Positions 51,266-63,834 of a stretch of DNA of 64,000 bases are shown in pieces. Position numbers and translations under genes: made by a program. Source of the DNA: Octopus sinensis (lineage: Eukaryota); NCBI RefSeq assembly GCF_006345805.1, contig NC_043001.1:15686001-15750000 (forward strand). Reading direction: 5' to 3'. The notes under the pieces are model-generated. The model did not search any database, was not told the DNA's origin, and saw nothing but the letters and a program-made list of their open reading frames with translations. The stretch's first letter is position 1, and each line of letters opens with the position of its first letter.

Positions 51266-51938
51266 ATTAAGAGAGATGGAGAGGCAAAGAAAAGGGAGAG
51301 AGAGAGAGAGAGAGGGAGATAGAAGGGGAGGGAAGAGAGGGGAAGACAGACAGAATGGAAATTCATATTTTTTTCTTTTAATCTTGAATTTTTTTTTTTT
51401 TTTTCTTTTGATAAAAGAAATTTCTAATTTTAAAAAGTGGTCGCTTTAATATCGTTAACGACCATGTTGAAATACAAATGTCTGAGTACGGAGAATTGTG
51501 TACAGAGCGAGTTGTGAACCAAACCGGAAGTTATGCCCCAGACAGACAGACAGACATTTTATTTAACAATCGTCATTATTACAAAGATAAATATTTTTAT
51601 AAAGATTTACATATCAACGAGCACAAAAACCGACTAACACAAGATAGCTCGCCATTTTGTTGTACCTATACAAATATTAAGTGAACTCTTACGCAGAGCA
51701 TTCATTCATATAATATACCTAACGCAGTCGTCGAGTGTGTGTAGTACATTGTGAACTTGCTATAAACAAACGGCTTTAACACAATGTGTACTTGAGAGCT
51801 ATCAACAAATATCTTAAGAACATATTTATGAAAGAATCAAATATCCAATGTCTGATCTTGTACAACATGGAAGAAACTCGTTTGTTTCTTATTTCAAACT
51901 CAAAGCTACGGAGATATGTAAAAGACACTTTCAGACAT

Positions 51939-51998
51939 AGAGCTTTCAATTTAGCAGACGAGAGCTTTCATTTTAGCAGACGAGAGCTTTCATTTTAG
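51939..51998. repeat. 22-bp tandem repeat, 2.7 copies
   Basis: agagctttca(a/t)tttagcagacg. Confidence 0.95.
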
Positions 51999-52561
51999 AA
52001 GTTCAAATAATCGTCCATACAGTGGCCTTGCTTTCAACTTTCGGGCGCGGCCCTTTATCCTTATTGTGCATAGCAATGTTGTGGTGTGTTTAGGACATCA
52101 ATAGTGTACTTAGAGGCTCTGAACTAGAAATACGGGTCTTTACAATATAGTAGTACACATCCTCATTTCAAGAGATTGGGATATTTTGATTACACGTATA
52201 TTTTTGATTACAGTGGATGGGATGTAAGGGGGGATGGACTATAGACTGCAAAGACAAGAGTTCAAATCCTACTACAACCACTATGACTACAATCTCTAAC
52301 CAAAGCGCCTTATTGTGCAAGATCTCTACGTTTTCTTTTTTTAATGGTTTACTCCAATGGTTTATTCTGGAAGTACACTGAAGTTTAACTTAAAACGTCC
52401 CCCATCGTCTTTCTTCATTGAAAATTAGAAAAACAATTTTAAAATTGATGATGTATAAATTCATTTTCAATACGTTGTTTTGGCACGTGAACTTGTTAAC
52501 GCTGCTGTTCTAAAATTAAACATTTATGTACAACGTCAAGTTCCCTTCATATATAAGCAAC

Positions 52562-52654
<93 letters not shown>

Positions 52655-52959
52655 ATACAGGACATTAAAACATATTGAACACAATGAGAAACGAAAACAT
52701 AAAAACGAAAACACAGAAACGAACTTTTTTTTTAACAAAAAAACCCCCAGAGAAACGAGACCTGTAACAAAGAATATTTCCCTTCTTCAGTTGTCACTGT
52801 TTCATCTACTCCGCGTTACGAAGGCAAGGACAATACGCAACTTCGGTCGTCACACACTGTACAAACACACGTCTTAATCTTAGTCTAAATGAGGCGCAAC
52901 TCTGATAAAAGTCAACCACACATGTAGCGTAAAATGGTAGCTCAGAGCAACATATTTAG

Positions 52960-53238
52960 TGGATCAAGAATTCCCTGGCATTCCTAAAACACGTCTTCCA
53001 TTCCTCTGTCATCCACGACATTTCTTTTTAGTGCATCCACTGCTTTATTGCAATTGGTTGCTGTAGATTTTAGCTGATCTATCTCTGCTCCGTTTACAAT
53101 ACGAAAGTTGTCATAGAAGAATTTCAGACATCAACTACTCATTGTCACGCCAGTAGTGACCATAAATCTCAGTCTGTGCTTTCATATTGTCTCTATGATA
53201 TAGTAGATGTCTTAGCAAAGCTCTTTTTGTCTTTTAAT
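52960..53238 (-). mobile_element. Decayed RTE-like LINE 3' end
   Basis: Minus frames give IETI*KHRLRF, YGHYWR, LMSEILL and KRSRDRSAKIY, resembling RRLRFAGHCWR..GRP. Confidence 0.6.
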
Positions 53239-53239
53239 G

Positions 53240-54172
53240 TTCCAGTGTGCGGCACCTTGGGCAAGTGTCTTCTACTATAGCCTCGGGCCAACCAAAACCT
53301 TGTGAGTGGATTTGGTAGACGAAAACCGAAAGAAACCCGTCGTATATATACAGTATATATATATGTGTGTGTGTGTGTTTGTCCCCCAGCCACCGCTTGA
53401 CAGTCGATGCTGGTGCGTTTACGTCCCCGTGACTTAGCGGTTCGGCAAAAGAGACCGATAGAATAAGTACGAGGCTTACAAAGGTCGATTTGTTCGACTA
53501 AATTGTCGGTGCCCCAGCATGGCCGCAGTCAAATGACTGAAACAAATAAGAGAAAGTATGTAAAGTAATAACGCTTACCTTGAAAGACGCCGGAGCGAAT
53601 TAATAAAGCAGACACACTTACCTGTAAATTAAACAAAAATGGAAAGAAACGGTGAAATATGCATTGGGAATGGTAACATTGAAAACACAGAAAAATTACG
53701 AAATGAGTAAAAAAAATCATTTAGCACATGGTCGGATTGTATTTAAAAGGTGAGCCCCAGCATGGCCGCAGTCCAATGACTGAAACAAGTAAATGATGAA
53801 ATATGCATAGGTGCAGGTATAGCTGTGTAGTTAAGAAGGTCGCTTTGCAAAGGTGTGGGGTTGGGTTCAGCTCCACCCTGTGACACCTTGGGGCACGTGT
53901 CATTAATTTTAACCCTGGGCAGACCAAAGCTTTGCGAGTGAATTTGGCAAACGGAAACTGTATGGAAGCTCATCGTATGTCTATATATGTCTTTGTATCA
54001 CACTCCTAGTGTTATTGGTTTGTTTATATTCTCGTAACCTAGCGGTTCGGCAAAGAAATCGATAGAATACCAAGACTTAAAAAAAATAAGTTCAGAGTCG
54101 ATTTGTTCGACTTTCAGTGTGACGCTCCAGCATGGCCGCAAACCAATGATTGAAACAAGTAAAAGATAAAAC
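53240..54172 (+). mobile_element. Cluster of SINE B copies (53240-53555, tail 53745-53800, old full copy 53807-54172)
   Basis: Repeated catggccgcagtc..gactgaaacaag tails and heads. Confidence 0.85.
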
Positions 54173-54279
54173 CATAAGGATTAAGCAGAAGGATTACTCA
54201 ATCGACCCCCAAGACTTCTTCTTTGTAAGCCTACTTCTTATTCTATCGGGCTCTTTTGCCGAACCGCTAGATTACGGGG

Positions 54280-54495
54280 AAAGAAATAGGTATTTCGTAA
54301 AGAAATAGGTATTTCGTCTGCCGCTACGTTCGGAGTTCAAATTCCGCCGAGGTCGACTGTGCCGTTCATCCTTTCGGAGGTCGATTAAATCAGTACCAGT
54401 TACGCACTGGGGTCGATATAATCGACTTAATCCGTTTGTCTGTTCTTGTTTGTCCACTTTGTGTTTAGCCCCTTGTGGGTAGTAAAGAAATGGGT
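54280..54495 (+). mobile_element. SINE A unit that begins at the tail|head junction
   Basis: aaagaaataggtatttcgt is duplicated (junctions 54289 and 54308), followed by a full unit. Confidence 0.9.
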
Positions 54496-55242
54496 ATCAT
54501 GGGGAAGGAATGGAAATCCTTAATTCTTAAACTAAAAAATGATCACGATATGCGGAACTATAAAAATCTGCAAGACCTCCTTAAGATTTGAATGAGGACG
54601 GTTAAAGCATGATACTTTCCCTCGAAGCCTTGCTACCAAGTCGGTGGCCAGTCAAAATTTACTCAAAAATTGAGAAAAGAAAATATACACACATACATGT
54701 TACAGACATTACATACATACATAGACGCGCGCGCGGATGAACGAGGACCGGAACTTGCTCAAGCTCTGCACAGCTGCTCGTGTTGTCAACACAAAAGCAC
54801 AAGTGTGCAGCACATTAAGTTTCTGTTCACCGACCAGACAGCGGGAGAACATCTGCTGCACACGGAACATTGTAGACTGCATCCAAACAAAGACAAGCAG
54901 ACGACACCTTCACTCACAAAGAAACAACGAGAAGAAAAAAACGTAACGGTATATTAGTGGTGGCTGGCTTGTGAACCGTTAAGAAATGGTAGACAAATCT
55001 CGCTCGAAATTCAATCTACCGTCTTGGAAAAGATCGAAAAAGAATTGGATAAAGCGGTCTTGGGTGTAACTGTGTCGAGCAAAATAACCGAAATGGCCAC
55101 ATACGGAATAAATTTGTTAGTAAGTCTGCGTTAAGTCTGTTTAACTGTTAAACGACAGTCACAGCTTCCACCTAGATAACAGACAAACAATTTCTTTTGT
55201 CTCTTCTACTACGACAACAACGTCCCTCACGATCCTCTATCT

Positions 55243-55749
55243 CAGGGGAAATCAAACTTTGTTCACGGCGGGCCAGATAACTGAGAGAATGGCGAGCGCG
55301 GGCCGCATAACCATTTTGTTCAATACAGTGAATACACAATAAAGACAACCAACATATTTATTTACCAGAAAAGTTATCAAAGAAGGCGACGTTAGCAATG
55401 AGATAGTTATATCACAACCCAGAGCGCACATAATCCGAATCTCACAAACTAAGCAGCTAAAAAGGTTAGTGAGATTTGTGAAACTGGTGTTTAGCTTTTA
55501 AGATATCATCAATATTTGTTTTGGAATTACTGCATCCAACCAAAAGAATTGCTTTCAAATGTTCATCAATCAACCTCGTTCGATGTGCTGACTTCACATT
55601 CTTCATTATTGAAAATGTTTGCTCACAGACATAAGTTGTTCCAAACATTGATGCCATACTAGAGGCAAATGCAGGTACTTACACAAAAGGTACAGTGCAG
55701 CGGCAAGCGGGATGAACTGACCTCACGGGCTGTAGTTTGGTAACCACTG
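55243..55749 (-). mobile_element. Internally deleted hAT (Charlie/SPIN-like) element retaining the transposase C-terminal dimerisation segment
   Basis: TIRs caggggaaatcaaact / agtttggtaaccactg; perfect TSD ctctatct (55235-55242 and 55750-55757); ORF 55466-55657 MASMFGTTYVCEQTFSIMKNVKSAHRTRLIDEHL. Confidence 0.92.
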
Positions 55750-55920
55750 CTCTATCTGGTTTCTCGACCTCCTGAAGTTAGCAGCCGAAAATCTTGCTTA
55801 AATCTCACAATTTAATTTTTTGTTTTTGAATTACAGAGGGGGATGCGTTAGATAATGAATGTACTTCTAAACAGAGCTAAAAAAATGAGACTCATAACAA
55901 ATCTTTCACAGATAGGCAGG

Positions 55921-56325
55921 AGCACGCTTGGCTGTGTGGTATGAAGTTTGCTTCCCAAACATATGGTTCCGGGTTCAGTCCCACTGCATGGCACCTTGGG
56001 CAAATGTGTTGTTCTATATCCTCGTGCCGACCAAAGTCTAGAGAGTGGATTTGATAGACAGAAACTGAAAGAAGCCCCTTGCATATATGAATGTGTATAT
56101 GTGAGTGTGTCCGTCCGTCCGTCCGTCCTGTCAACGCTTGCAAACCGGTATTGGTATATTTACGTCACCGAAACTTAGCGAGCCAGCAAAAGAAACCGAT
56201 AGAGTAAGTATCAGGTTAAAAAAAAAAGAAAATTAATACTGGCGTCGACTCGTTCGACTAAAATTCTTCAAGGCACTGCACCAGCATGGCCGCAGTCTTA
56301 TGACTGGAACCAAGTAACGGATAAA
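55921..56325 (+). mobile_element. SINE B
   Basis: A-box, B-box, central motif and tail. Confidence 0.85.
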
Positions 56326-57501
56326 AGATGCTGCTCTCGGACCTGGTTAAGGTCACATCAGGTAACATGTTCCTAGGTATACATATAAAGACGAAATAGA
56401 TTATAAGATCTCTTCCACAAATGCTGTCTTGGGACCATAATGAAAATAACTGGTTGTGATCACGTGATGTGATAGAAAAGGCTGGGCTGAGTAAGTTACG
56501 GTTTCGCATCACAGTGCGACAGTGAAAATGTTCATCCACGTACTACGCATGCTCACGAAAAGACTAGAGAGTGATGGAAACGATGTGGAACCTGTCATAT
56601 AATGTCTGTGTGTGTGTGTGTCTTGGTTTTTCCCTCGCCGTTTCTCAACTGGTGTTGGTTCCTTTATAACTCGGTAACGTATCGGTGCAGCAAAAAAACA
56701 AAAAAAAATAATAGAATAAATATCAGATTTTAAAAAAGTTAAGTAATTCGTTCAACTAAACCCATCAAAGTGGTGCTCCAACATGGCCGCAGTCCGATGA
56801 ATGAAACAAGTGAAAAGACAATGTAAATAGACAGACGGAGAGCGAGACAGGTGGAAGAAGAAGTAGGCTCCTTTCTATTCTCACGTGGGGGAAACCAGTG
56901 AGTGAAAGTAACCAATGAGACAGACCTGCCAAGATCTGGTTGAGATGAGGCAGGCAGATATGGGCGTGGTCTGGGATCAAGCACACAAGCTAGATGGCCA
57001 TCGTGCTGGGGGATTGAGAGAGGGACAGTTAGCTTTTGTTGTCCGATACTCAGTGATGAGCGAAAGGATGGTCGCTGATCGCGTCTTCACCGCAAATAGA
57101 TAAAACACCTGCTGATTTAGAGAAAGTAGTTTCACTTTCGTTTTCGAGATTTCGCTGTGTATGTATGTGTGAGAGATAGCCACGCCCTTCTCTTTGAGAT
57201 ATTATTTTATTAGAAGATTAAACAATAAACAACAACAACGTATTTACCGTAGAAAGGAGGTTGGGATGTTTACGAAGATATAGGAAGTAAAGTAGAATAC
57301 GGAAAAGTAGGTAGGATGGGGTGGGTGGGAGGAGGAAGAAATGGAGAGTGAGAAGAGATGAGTTGAAAAAACGGGAAGTGATGCATTGCAGCAAATAAAA
57401 CGTAGTTGTTTGATGGTGGTGGTGATGGCGGTTGCGTTAATGATAACTGTGATAGCGGCGGCGGTGATGACTGTCGGAAATATTCAGCAGATATTGAGCC
57501 T

Positions 57502-57581
<80 letters not shown>

Positions 57582-57845
57582 TAGTTGTATCGTGTGTGCG
57601 AGTATTAAACATGGCGGCTATTTTAGAAAGGTAGGAAGCGGGGGAAAATGGAGGAGGAGGAGGCGATAGAGGGGTGGTGGTGAAAGGTTAAGGAAATAGC
57701 AGATTATTTGGTTGAGCAGAGTTTGTTTGTAATGTAAATAGAGTAAGGGGTGGTGGGCAGGAATGGCATGAGGAAGGGAACGCGGAAGGAACCCACTTCT
57801 TCCTCCGTCTAGCTATCAGTCTGTCTATTTTATTTATTTATCTAT

Positions 57846-58215
57846 TTTACTTGTTTTATTTACAGGACCGCGGTCATGCTGGAGCACTTACCTTCAAGTG
57901 TTTAGTTGAACAAATTGGCACCTATGCTTATTCTATCGGCATATTTTGGCGAAACGCTAGGTTACGGAGACGTAAACACACCAACATCGGTTGTAAAGCG
58001 ATGAGGGAAGACAAACACAGACACACAACATATATATATATATATATATATATACGACGGACTTCTTTCAGTTTACGTCTACCAAATCCACTCAAGGCTT
58101 TGGTCGACCCGAGGCTATAGTAGAAGACACTTGCCCAAGGTGCCACGCAGTTGGACTGAACCCGGAACCATATGGTTGGTAAGCAAGCTACTTACCACAC
58201 ATCCACTCCTACACC
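57846..58215 (-). mobile_element. SINE B
   Basis: Full head to tail on the minus strand. Confidence 0.9.
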
Positions 58216-58349
58216 ATATATATATATATGCTCGGCCCGGGGCTATAGTGAAAGGCACTCACTTAAGATTTTGTGCAGTGAAACTGAACTCAAAACCACG
58301 TAGTTAAGAGGCGAGTTTCTTAACCACATACCCATGACTGCGCCTCTGT

Positions 58350-58397
<48 letters not shown>

Positions 58398-58403
58398 ACG
58401 CCT

Positions 58404-58712
58404 GTGAAGGTGCATGGCTTAGTGGTTACGGTGTTGCACACACGATTGCGAGATCGTAGGTTCGATTCCCAGACCGGGCGTTGCATTGTGTTCTTGAGCA
58501 AAGCACTTCGTTTCACGTTGTTCTGCGATCATTTCATCATCTGACAAGTTGTACCCTGTTGCACCTGTACAGGTAATGTGTCGATGTCACGGAGGAAGTG
58601 AGCTTATGTGTAAACAAACATTTGATCATTATAAACAAATCATCCGTGTGGTTGTTCGGCAAGAAACTGTGGAACCCTCATACGTCGTCCAACGACGGGA
58701 GAGTCCATTATT
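58404..58712 (+). mobile_element. tRNA-derived SINE (rarer family D)
   Basis: A-box tggcttagtgg, B-box ggttcgattccc, gtgttcttgagcaaagcac motif, tail ggaaccctca..gacgggagagtcc. Confidence 0.8.
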
Positions 58713-58724
58713 ATATATAGAACT

Positions 58725-59050
58725 TAGATATGCTTCAACCAAAGACTGGCCCAGACCATGTCTAACGTAATAGCACCAATTGATAAGATTTTGCTAGATC
58801 CTTTATTTAAGTCGTTTTGTGGTGTCATCATGGTCCATTCGAGTAGGGAGTTCTTGCTGAGTAAGTTGCATCTTGGTATAGGTGGCTTATCTAGTATTCC
58901 TTGAAGAAATTTGTCCGGATTCCGTTTGAAGGTAATGGGATCTTTTTCCTCTTTGATCTGTTTTGGGACAATGTTATATAGGGCAGGGCCTGTTGAGGAA
59001 AAGAAATTGTCTTGCAGTGTACTTATGTGTTGTGATCCTGAATTGGATAG
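58725..59050 (-). mobile_element. CR1/L2-group LINE 3' end
   Basis: ORF segment TLQDNFFSSTGPALYNIVPKQIKEEKDPITFKRNPDKFLQGILDKPP..NSLLEW, resembling CR1-type RT C-termini. Confidence 0.7.
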
Positions 59051-59081
59051 GGCACATATATATATATATATATATATATGT

Positions 59082-59380
59082 GGAGGCGCAATGGCCCAGT
59101 GGTTAGGGCAGCGGACTCGCGGTCGTAGGATCGCGGTTTCGATTCCCAGACCGGGCGTTGTGTGTGTGTTTATTGAGCGAAAACACCTAAAAGCTTCACG
59201 ACGCTCCAGCAGGGGGTGGTGATCCCTGCTGTACTCTTTCACCACTCTTTCTCCCACTCTTTCTTCTGTTGGCCTGCTCGCTTAGCCAGCGGGGTGGCGT
59301 CGTTCGAAGGCTAAAACAATGCGAACGCATTGTGACCAGCGATGTGTAGCAACATCTGATGGTCTGGTCGGTCACGTGAT
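59082..59380 (+). mobile_element. tRNA-derived SINE (family C) inserted in (TA)n
   Basis: A-box tggcccagtgg, B-box ggtttcgattccc; head similar to family D. Confidence 0.85.
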
Positions 59381-59526
59381 ATATATATATATATATAGCA
59401 TAAGGGACAACATTAATAGGAAAACTTAACAAGAAATTGTCAGGTAGATAGCGTAAAACCTCATAAGAAAAAATTTCGAAAATAATTATTTCTTATTGAA
59501 CATATTAATTTAATATAGAGCATATA

Positions 59527-60165
59527 CATACATGCCAGCATTGCATCATAAATACTGCCAAAGCCTAAGAGGGAAATCAGTCATTTCTACCAAAAATATT
59601 ACTAATCCCACCGAATGCATTTTCAAAGTAAGACATTAAAATATAGACCTGTACACAGTGATTTCATACTTACGTAATCATCAGCAGGCCTGAATGTATT
59701 ATAAATAAACAACGACCCTGCCCCGCTTAAGCCGATCAGCAACTGATCAACATCAACGAAGCACATGGGTGAGTTTACATATATTACATCCGGGTAAATG
59801 GCAAACTTTACGAATTAAGTAGTTGTCCTTAATTGCTAAATTTTATTCCGAAAAAACTTTTCCTCTCCCGAAATGCAATTCGTAAAAGTTTGCCATTTAC
59901 CCGGATGTAATATATGTAAACTCACCCATGTGCTTCGTTGATGTTGATCAGTTAGCTGATCGGCTTAAGCGGGGCAGGTCGTTGTTTATTTATAATACAT
60001 TCAGGCCTGCTGATGATTACGTAAGTATAAATCACTTGATACAGGTCTATATTTTTAAATGTTTACTTGAAAAATTGCATTCGTGGATTAGTAATATTTT
60101 TGGTAGAAATGACTGATTGTCCCTCTTAGCGTTGGCATGTATGTATAATGCATTCTGGATGTATG
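59527..60165. mobile_element. Inverted-repeat element with about 290-bp arms, each arm carrying a hammerhead motif
   Basis: Arms 59527-59816 and 59877-60165; HHR at 59646-59690 (minus) and 60004-60047 (plus). Confidence 0.75.
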
Positions 60166-60176
60166 ATAATGCCCTC

Positions 60177-60220
<44 letters not shown>

Positions 60221-60507
60221 CATATAAAGGTGTGTGTGTGTGTGTGTGCTAGTATTGAGTTTTCTCAGCAGTAAATATTTGTATTATTTTATTCCAATTA
60301 ATAACAAGAACATTAATATTCATTTATTTATCAATCAGTTTACTAGAGTTTTCTGTGTCATTTCTGTTGTTCTCTTCATAAGTAATTAGCTCTGAACAAG
60401 ACCAACATAACTGAAACAATTATAAACTTGTTAATTAATTTACAAATAAACTAAAATATTTAATTACACGACTTGCAATATCAGTTACACCATGAGAATA
60501 AACAGTT

Positions 60508-60908
60508 ATAGGCGCAGGAGTGGCTGTGTGGTAAGTAATTTGCTAACCAACCACATGGTTCCGGGTTCAGTCCCACTGCGTGGCACCTTGGGCAAGTGTC
60601 TTCTACTATAGCCTCGGGCCAACCAAAGCCTTGTCACTGGATTTGGTAGACGGAAACTGAAAGAAGCCTGTCGTATATATGTATATATATGTATGTGTAT
60701 GTGTTTGTGTGTCTGTGTTTGTATCCCTAGCATTGCTTGACAACCGATGCTGGTGTGTTTACGTCCCCGTCACTTAGCGGTTCGGCAAAAGACACCGATA
60801 GAATAAGTACTGGGCTTACAAAGAATAAGTCCCGGGGTCGATTTGCTCGACTAAAGGCGGTGCTCCAGCATGGCCGCAGTCAAATGACTGAAACATGTAA
60901 AAGAGTAA
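60508..60908 (+). mobile_element. Full-length young SINE B
   Basis: Best-preserved copy, from ataggcgcaggagtggc to aaagagta. Confidence 0.95.
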
Positions 60909-60949
60909 TGCATATGTTAAAAGTATATTATGCACCTGAATTCATAAGT

Positions 60950-61172
60950 GTGGGTTTCAAATTTTGGCACAAGGCCAGCAATTTCGGGAGAAGGTATAAG
61001 TCGATTATATTACATCGGCCCCCAGTACGCAACTGGTACTTATTTTATCGACGCCGAAAGGATGAAAGGCAAAGTCGACCTCGGTGGAATTTGAACTCGG
61101 AATGTAAAGACGGACGAAATTCCGCTCAGCATTATGCCCGCCGTGCTAAGGATTCTGCCAGCTCGGCGCCTT
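60950..61172 (-). mobile_element. SINE A (short-tail subtype)
   Basis: Head, B-box and tail on the minus strand. Confidence 0.88.
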
Positions 61173-61210
61173 CCTGTGCGAATTACATTAGGATTATCTA
61201 AATCCGTATA

Positions 61211-61833
61211 CAGTAATCCCTCGCCATATCGCGGTTTATTATTTAAGCTTACATCGATTCCTCCGTGGTGTTGTTTCGCATTTATAATAAAATAAATATA
61301 TACAAATTATAAAAATATAAAAAATGGCTGTGTGGTAAGTAGCTTGCTTACGAACCACATGGTTCCGGGTTCATTCCCACTGCGTGGCACCTTGGGCAAG
61401 TGTCTTCTACTATAGCCTCAGGACGTCCAAAGCTTTGTAAGAGGATTTGATAGACGGAAACTGAAAGAAGCCCGTCGTATATATGTATATATATATATGT
61501 GTATGTATGTGTGTATATATATATATATATGTTTCTGTGTCTGTTTGTGCTCCCAACATCGCTTTACAACCGATGGTGGTGAGTTTACGTCCCCGTAACT
61601 GAGCGGTTCTGCAAAAGACACCGATAGAATAAGTACTAGGCTTACAAAGAATAAGACCTGGGGTCGACTAAAGGCGGTGCTCCAGCATGGCCGCAGTCAA
61701 ATGACTGAAACAAGTAAAAAAGAGGAGAGAGAGAGAGAAGAAAGAGTACAGTACTGTTTCTACTTCCCAGATTTTCACCTATCGCGGGGGTAACTGTTGG
61801 AGCGTAACAGCCTCGATGGTTGAGGAATTACTG
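61211..61833. mobile_element. Tigger/pogo-type MITE interrupted by SINE B (61325-61720)
   Basis: TA|cagtaatccctcgccatatcgcgg ... cgatggttgaggaattactg. Confidence 0.6.
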
Positions 61834-62464
61834 CAGTTCTGAAAGTGGCCTCCCTCCCTCAAAACTGTATACACCTTCATTCATGTATATTTACAGTTTC
61901 GGGGTAACCTTTCCCCGTGGATTTAAATCATCTCCGAAATAAAACATACACTTCATTTTAAAGGCTCTGAGGAGAACATTATTTCCAGAAATCATCAATT
62001 TAATATAGCTTTCATTTGTTTCACTCATTAGATTTCGCCCATGCTGGGGCACCACCTTGAAGCATTTTCGTCGAATAAATCAACCTCAGTATTTGTATAT
62101 TTAAGCCGGGTACTTATTCTATCGTACCCTTTCTGCCAGACCGCTAAGTTACGGGGGACGTAAACACACCAACACGGACCGACTGACCGTCCGTTTGTTT
62201 ATCTATGCATACCTATATAAGTTCTACCAATTATTTATGATAAATAGACATATAAGAGATTGACTGTTTAAAAAAGAGAGATTATGACTGATAAAATAAC
62301 GAAAGCAATATTTGGTAAGCAAGTGAGCATTATTATACAAAGAAATAATTAGACGTAAAGCTTTAAAATTATTAGAATTGGGAATCAAATGTGGAAATAT
62401 TATCAAGGGGCTAGCAGAAAACCTCCCAGAGGGCGGTCTTTCTACTGGTGTGTGTGTGTGTGTG

Positions 62465-62504
<40 letters not shown>

Positions 62505-62506
<2 letters not shown>

Positions 62507-62710
62507 TCTTTTACTTGTTTCAGTCATTTGACTGCGGCCATGCTGGAGCACCGCCTTTAGTCGAGCAAATCAACCCCGGGACATATTCTTTGTAAGCCCA
62601 GTACTTATTCTATCGGTGTCTTTTGCCGAACCGCTAAGTGACGGGGACGTAAACACACCACCATCGGTTGTCAAGCAATGCTAGGGGGACAAGCAGACAC
62701 ACAAAACACA
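62505..62710 (-). mobile_element. SINE B 3' half
   Basis: Tail and right-hand body on the minus strand. Confidence 0.9.
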
Positions 62711-63799
62711 TACAAGAGGAAGCCAAACCACACAGTTTATGGGCGGGATGTCTACAAATATATGTGTATGTAGAGAGAAAAAGAGAGATGTGTATATGTA
62801 TGGGTGATTATATATACTATATATATACACGTATGTATATGTGTGATTGTATGTATGTATATATATATATATATATATATAATGTATATACACACACACA
62901 CATATATATATAGAGAGAGAGAGAGATGGGGGGACAAAGAGAGAGAGAGGGAGGATGCGTACGTATGTGAGTAAAATTTTATTGATGCAATAAAAAAAAA
63001 ACACAAGAGACTGACTTATTTTCCAGCTGAGTGCTTCGGGTGGGTGTGCTGGTGGTGATGAGATAGGGGTAGGTTTGATGACAAAGTACATGCTGTAAGG
63101 GAGGGAGGTGCTGGTGATCAGGGTATTTGAAGATAGAGCGGAGAGGAGATGGAGGAGAACGGCTTGATAATAGGGTACCAACTGTAGAGGGTAGCGGTGG
63201 GGGATAAAGGTGGGCTTGATGACAGGGTTTTGTAAGGGGGGGGGGGAGAACTTCTAGTCGTAGTGATGATAATAGGGTGCTGTTCAGGGGAGCAGTGGCT
63301 ATATACGGGTGTAGAGCAAGTAGTGGTGGATTGATGACGATGGTGGTGGGGGTGGTGGAGACAGGTTTGATAACAGGTTGCTGTTAGAGGGGATGGTATT
63401 GGGGGTAAGTTTATACTGGGCTTTTTAGGGGGGTTGATGGTAGTGTGTTGCGAAGGGAGTTTCATTGTTTGCGGTGGTGGGTGGTTGGTCGTCGTCGTCG
63501 TCGTTGTGGTGCAAAGGTAGAGCTGAAGGTAAATGCAGATTTTAATAGCTTTATTAATTAGATCTTGGCGAAGGAGCCGATGTGTCCAGCGGGCTGGGAT
63601 GGGGTGGGGGCGGTTGTTCGGGGGGGGGGGGGGGGATGGTGCTGGGATGGAAAACATCTGACAAATGTCAATCACAATATGTGCCACCTTAGATGTAGGG
63701 GGCAAAAAAGAACACACACACAAACTCACTCTCTCAGAGTCACTTGCATATCTAGTACATACACATACTCAATCACTTGCATATGTACGCATATATATA

Positions 63800-63834
<35 letters not shown>

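Noticed and set aside
52760-52830. CTGA(A/T)GA motif in the family at about 10375-10420, 12260-12320, 46385-46430 and 52.8 kb
   Set aside because: Could not build a consistent three-stem fold; stem II is absent or in the wrong order.
59082-59160. tRNA-like heads (also in families A, B and D)
   Set aside because: A and B boxes are present, but there is no complete cloverleaf and they continue into SINE bodies; not tRNA genes.
63118-63729. 203-aa P/T/S-rich ORF
   Set aside because: Low complexity caused by strand skew; no domain and no supporting splice structure.
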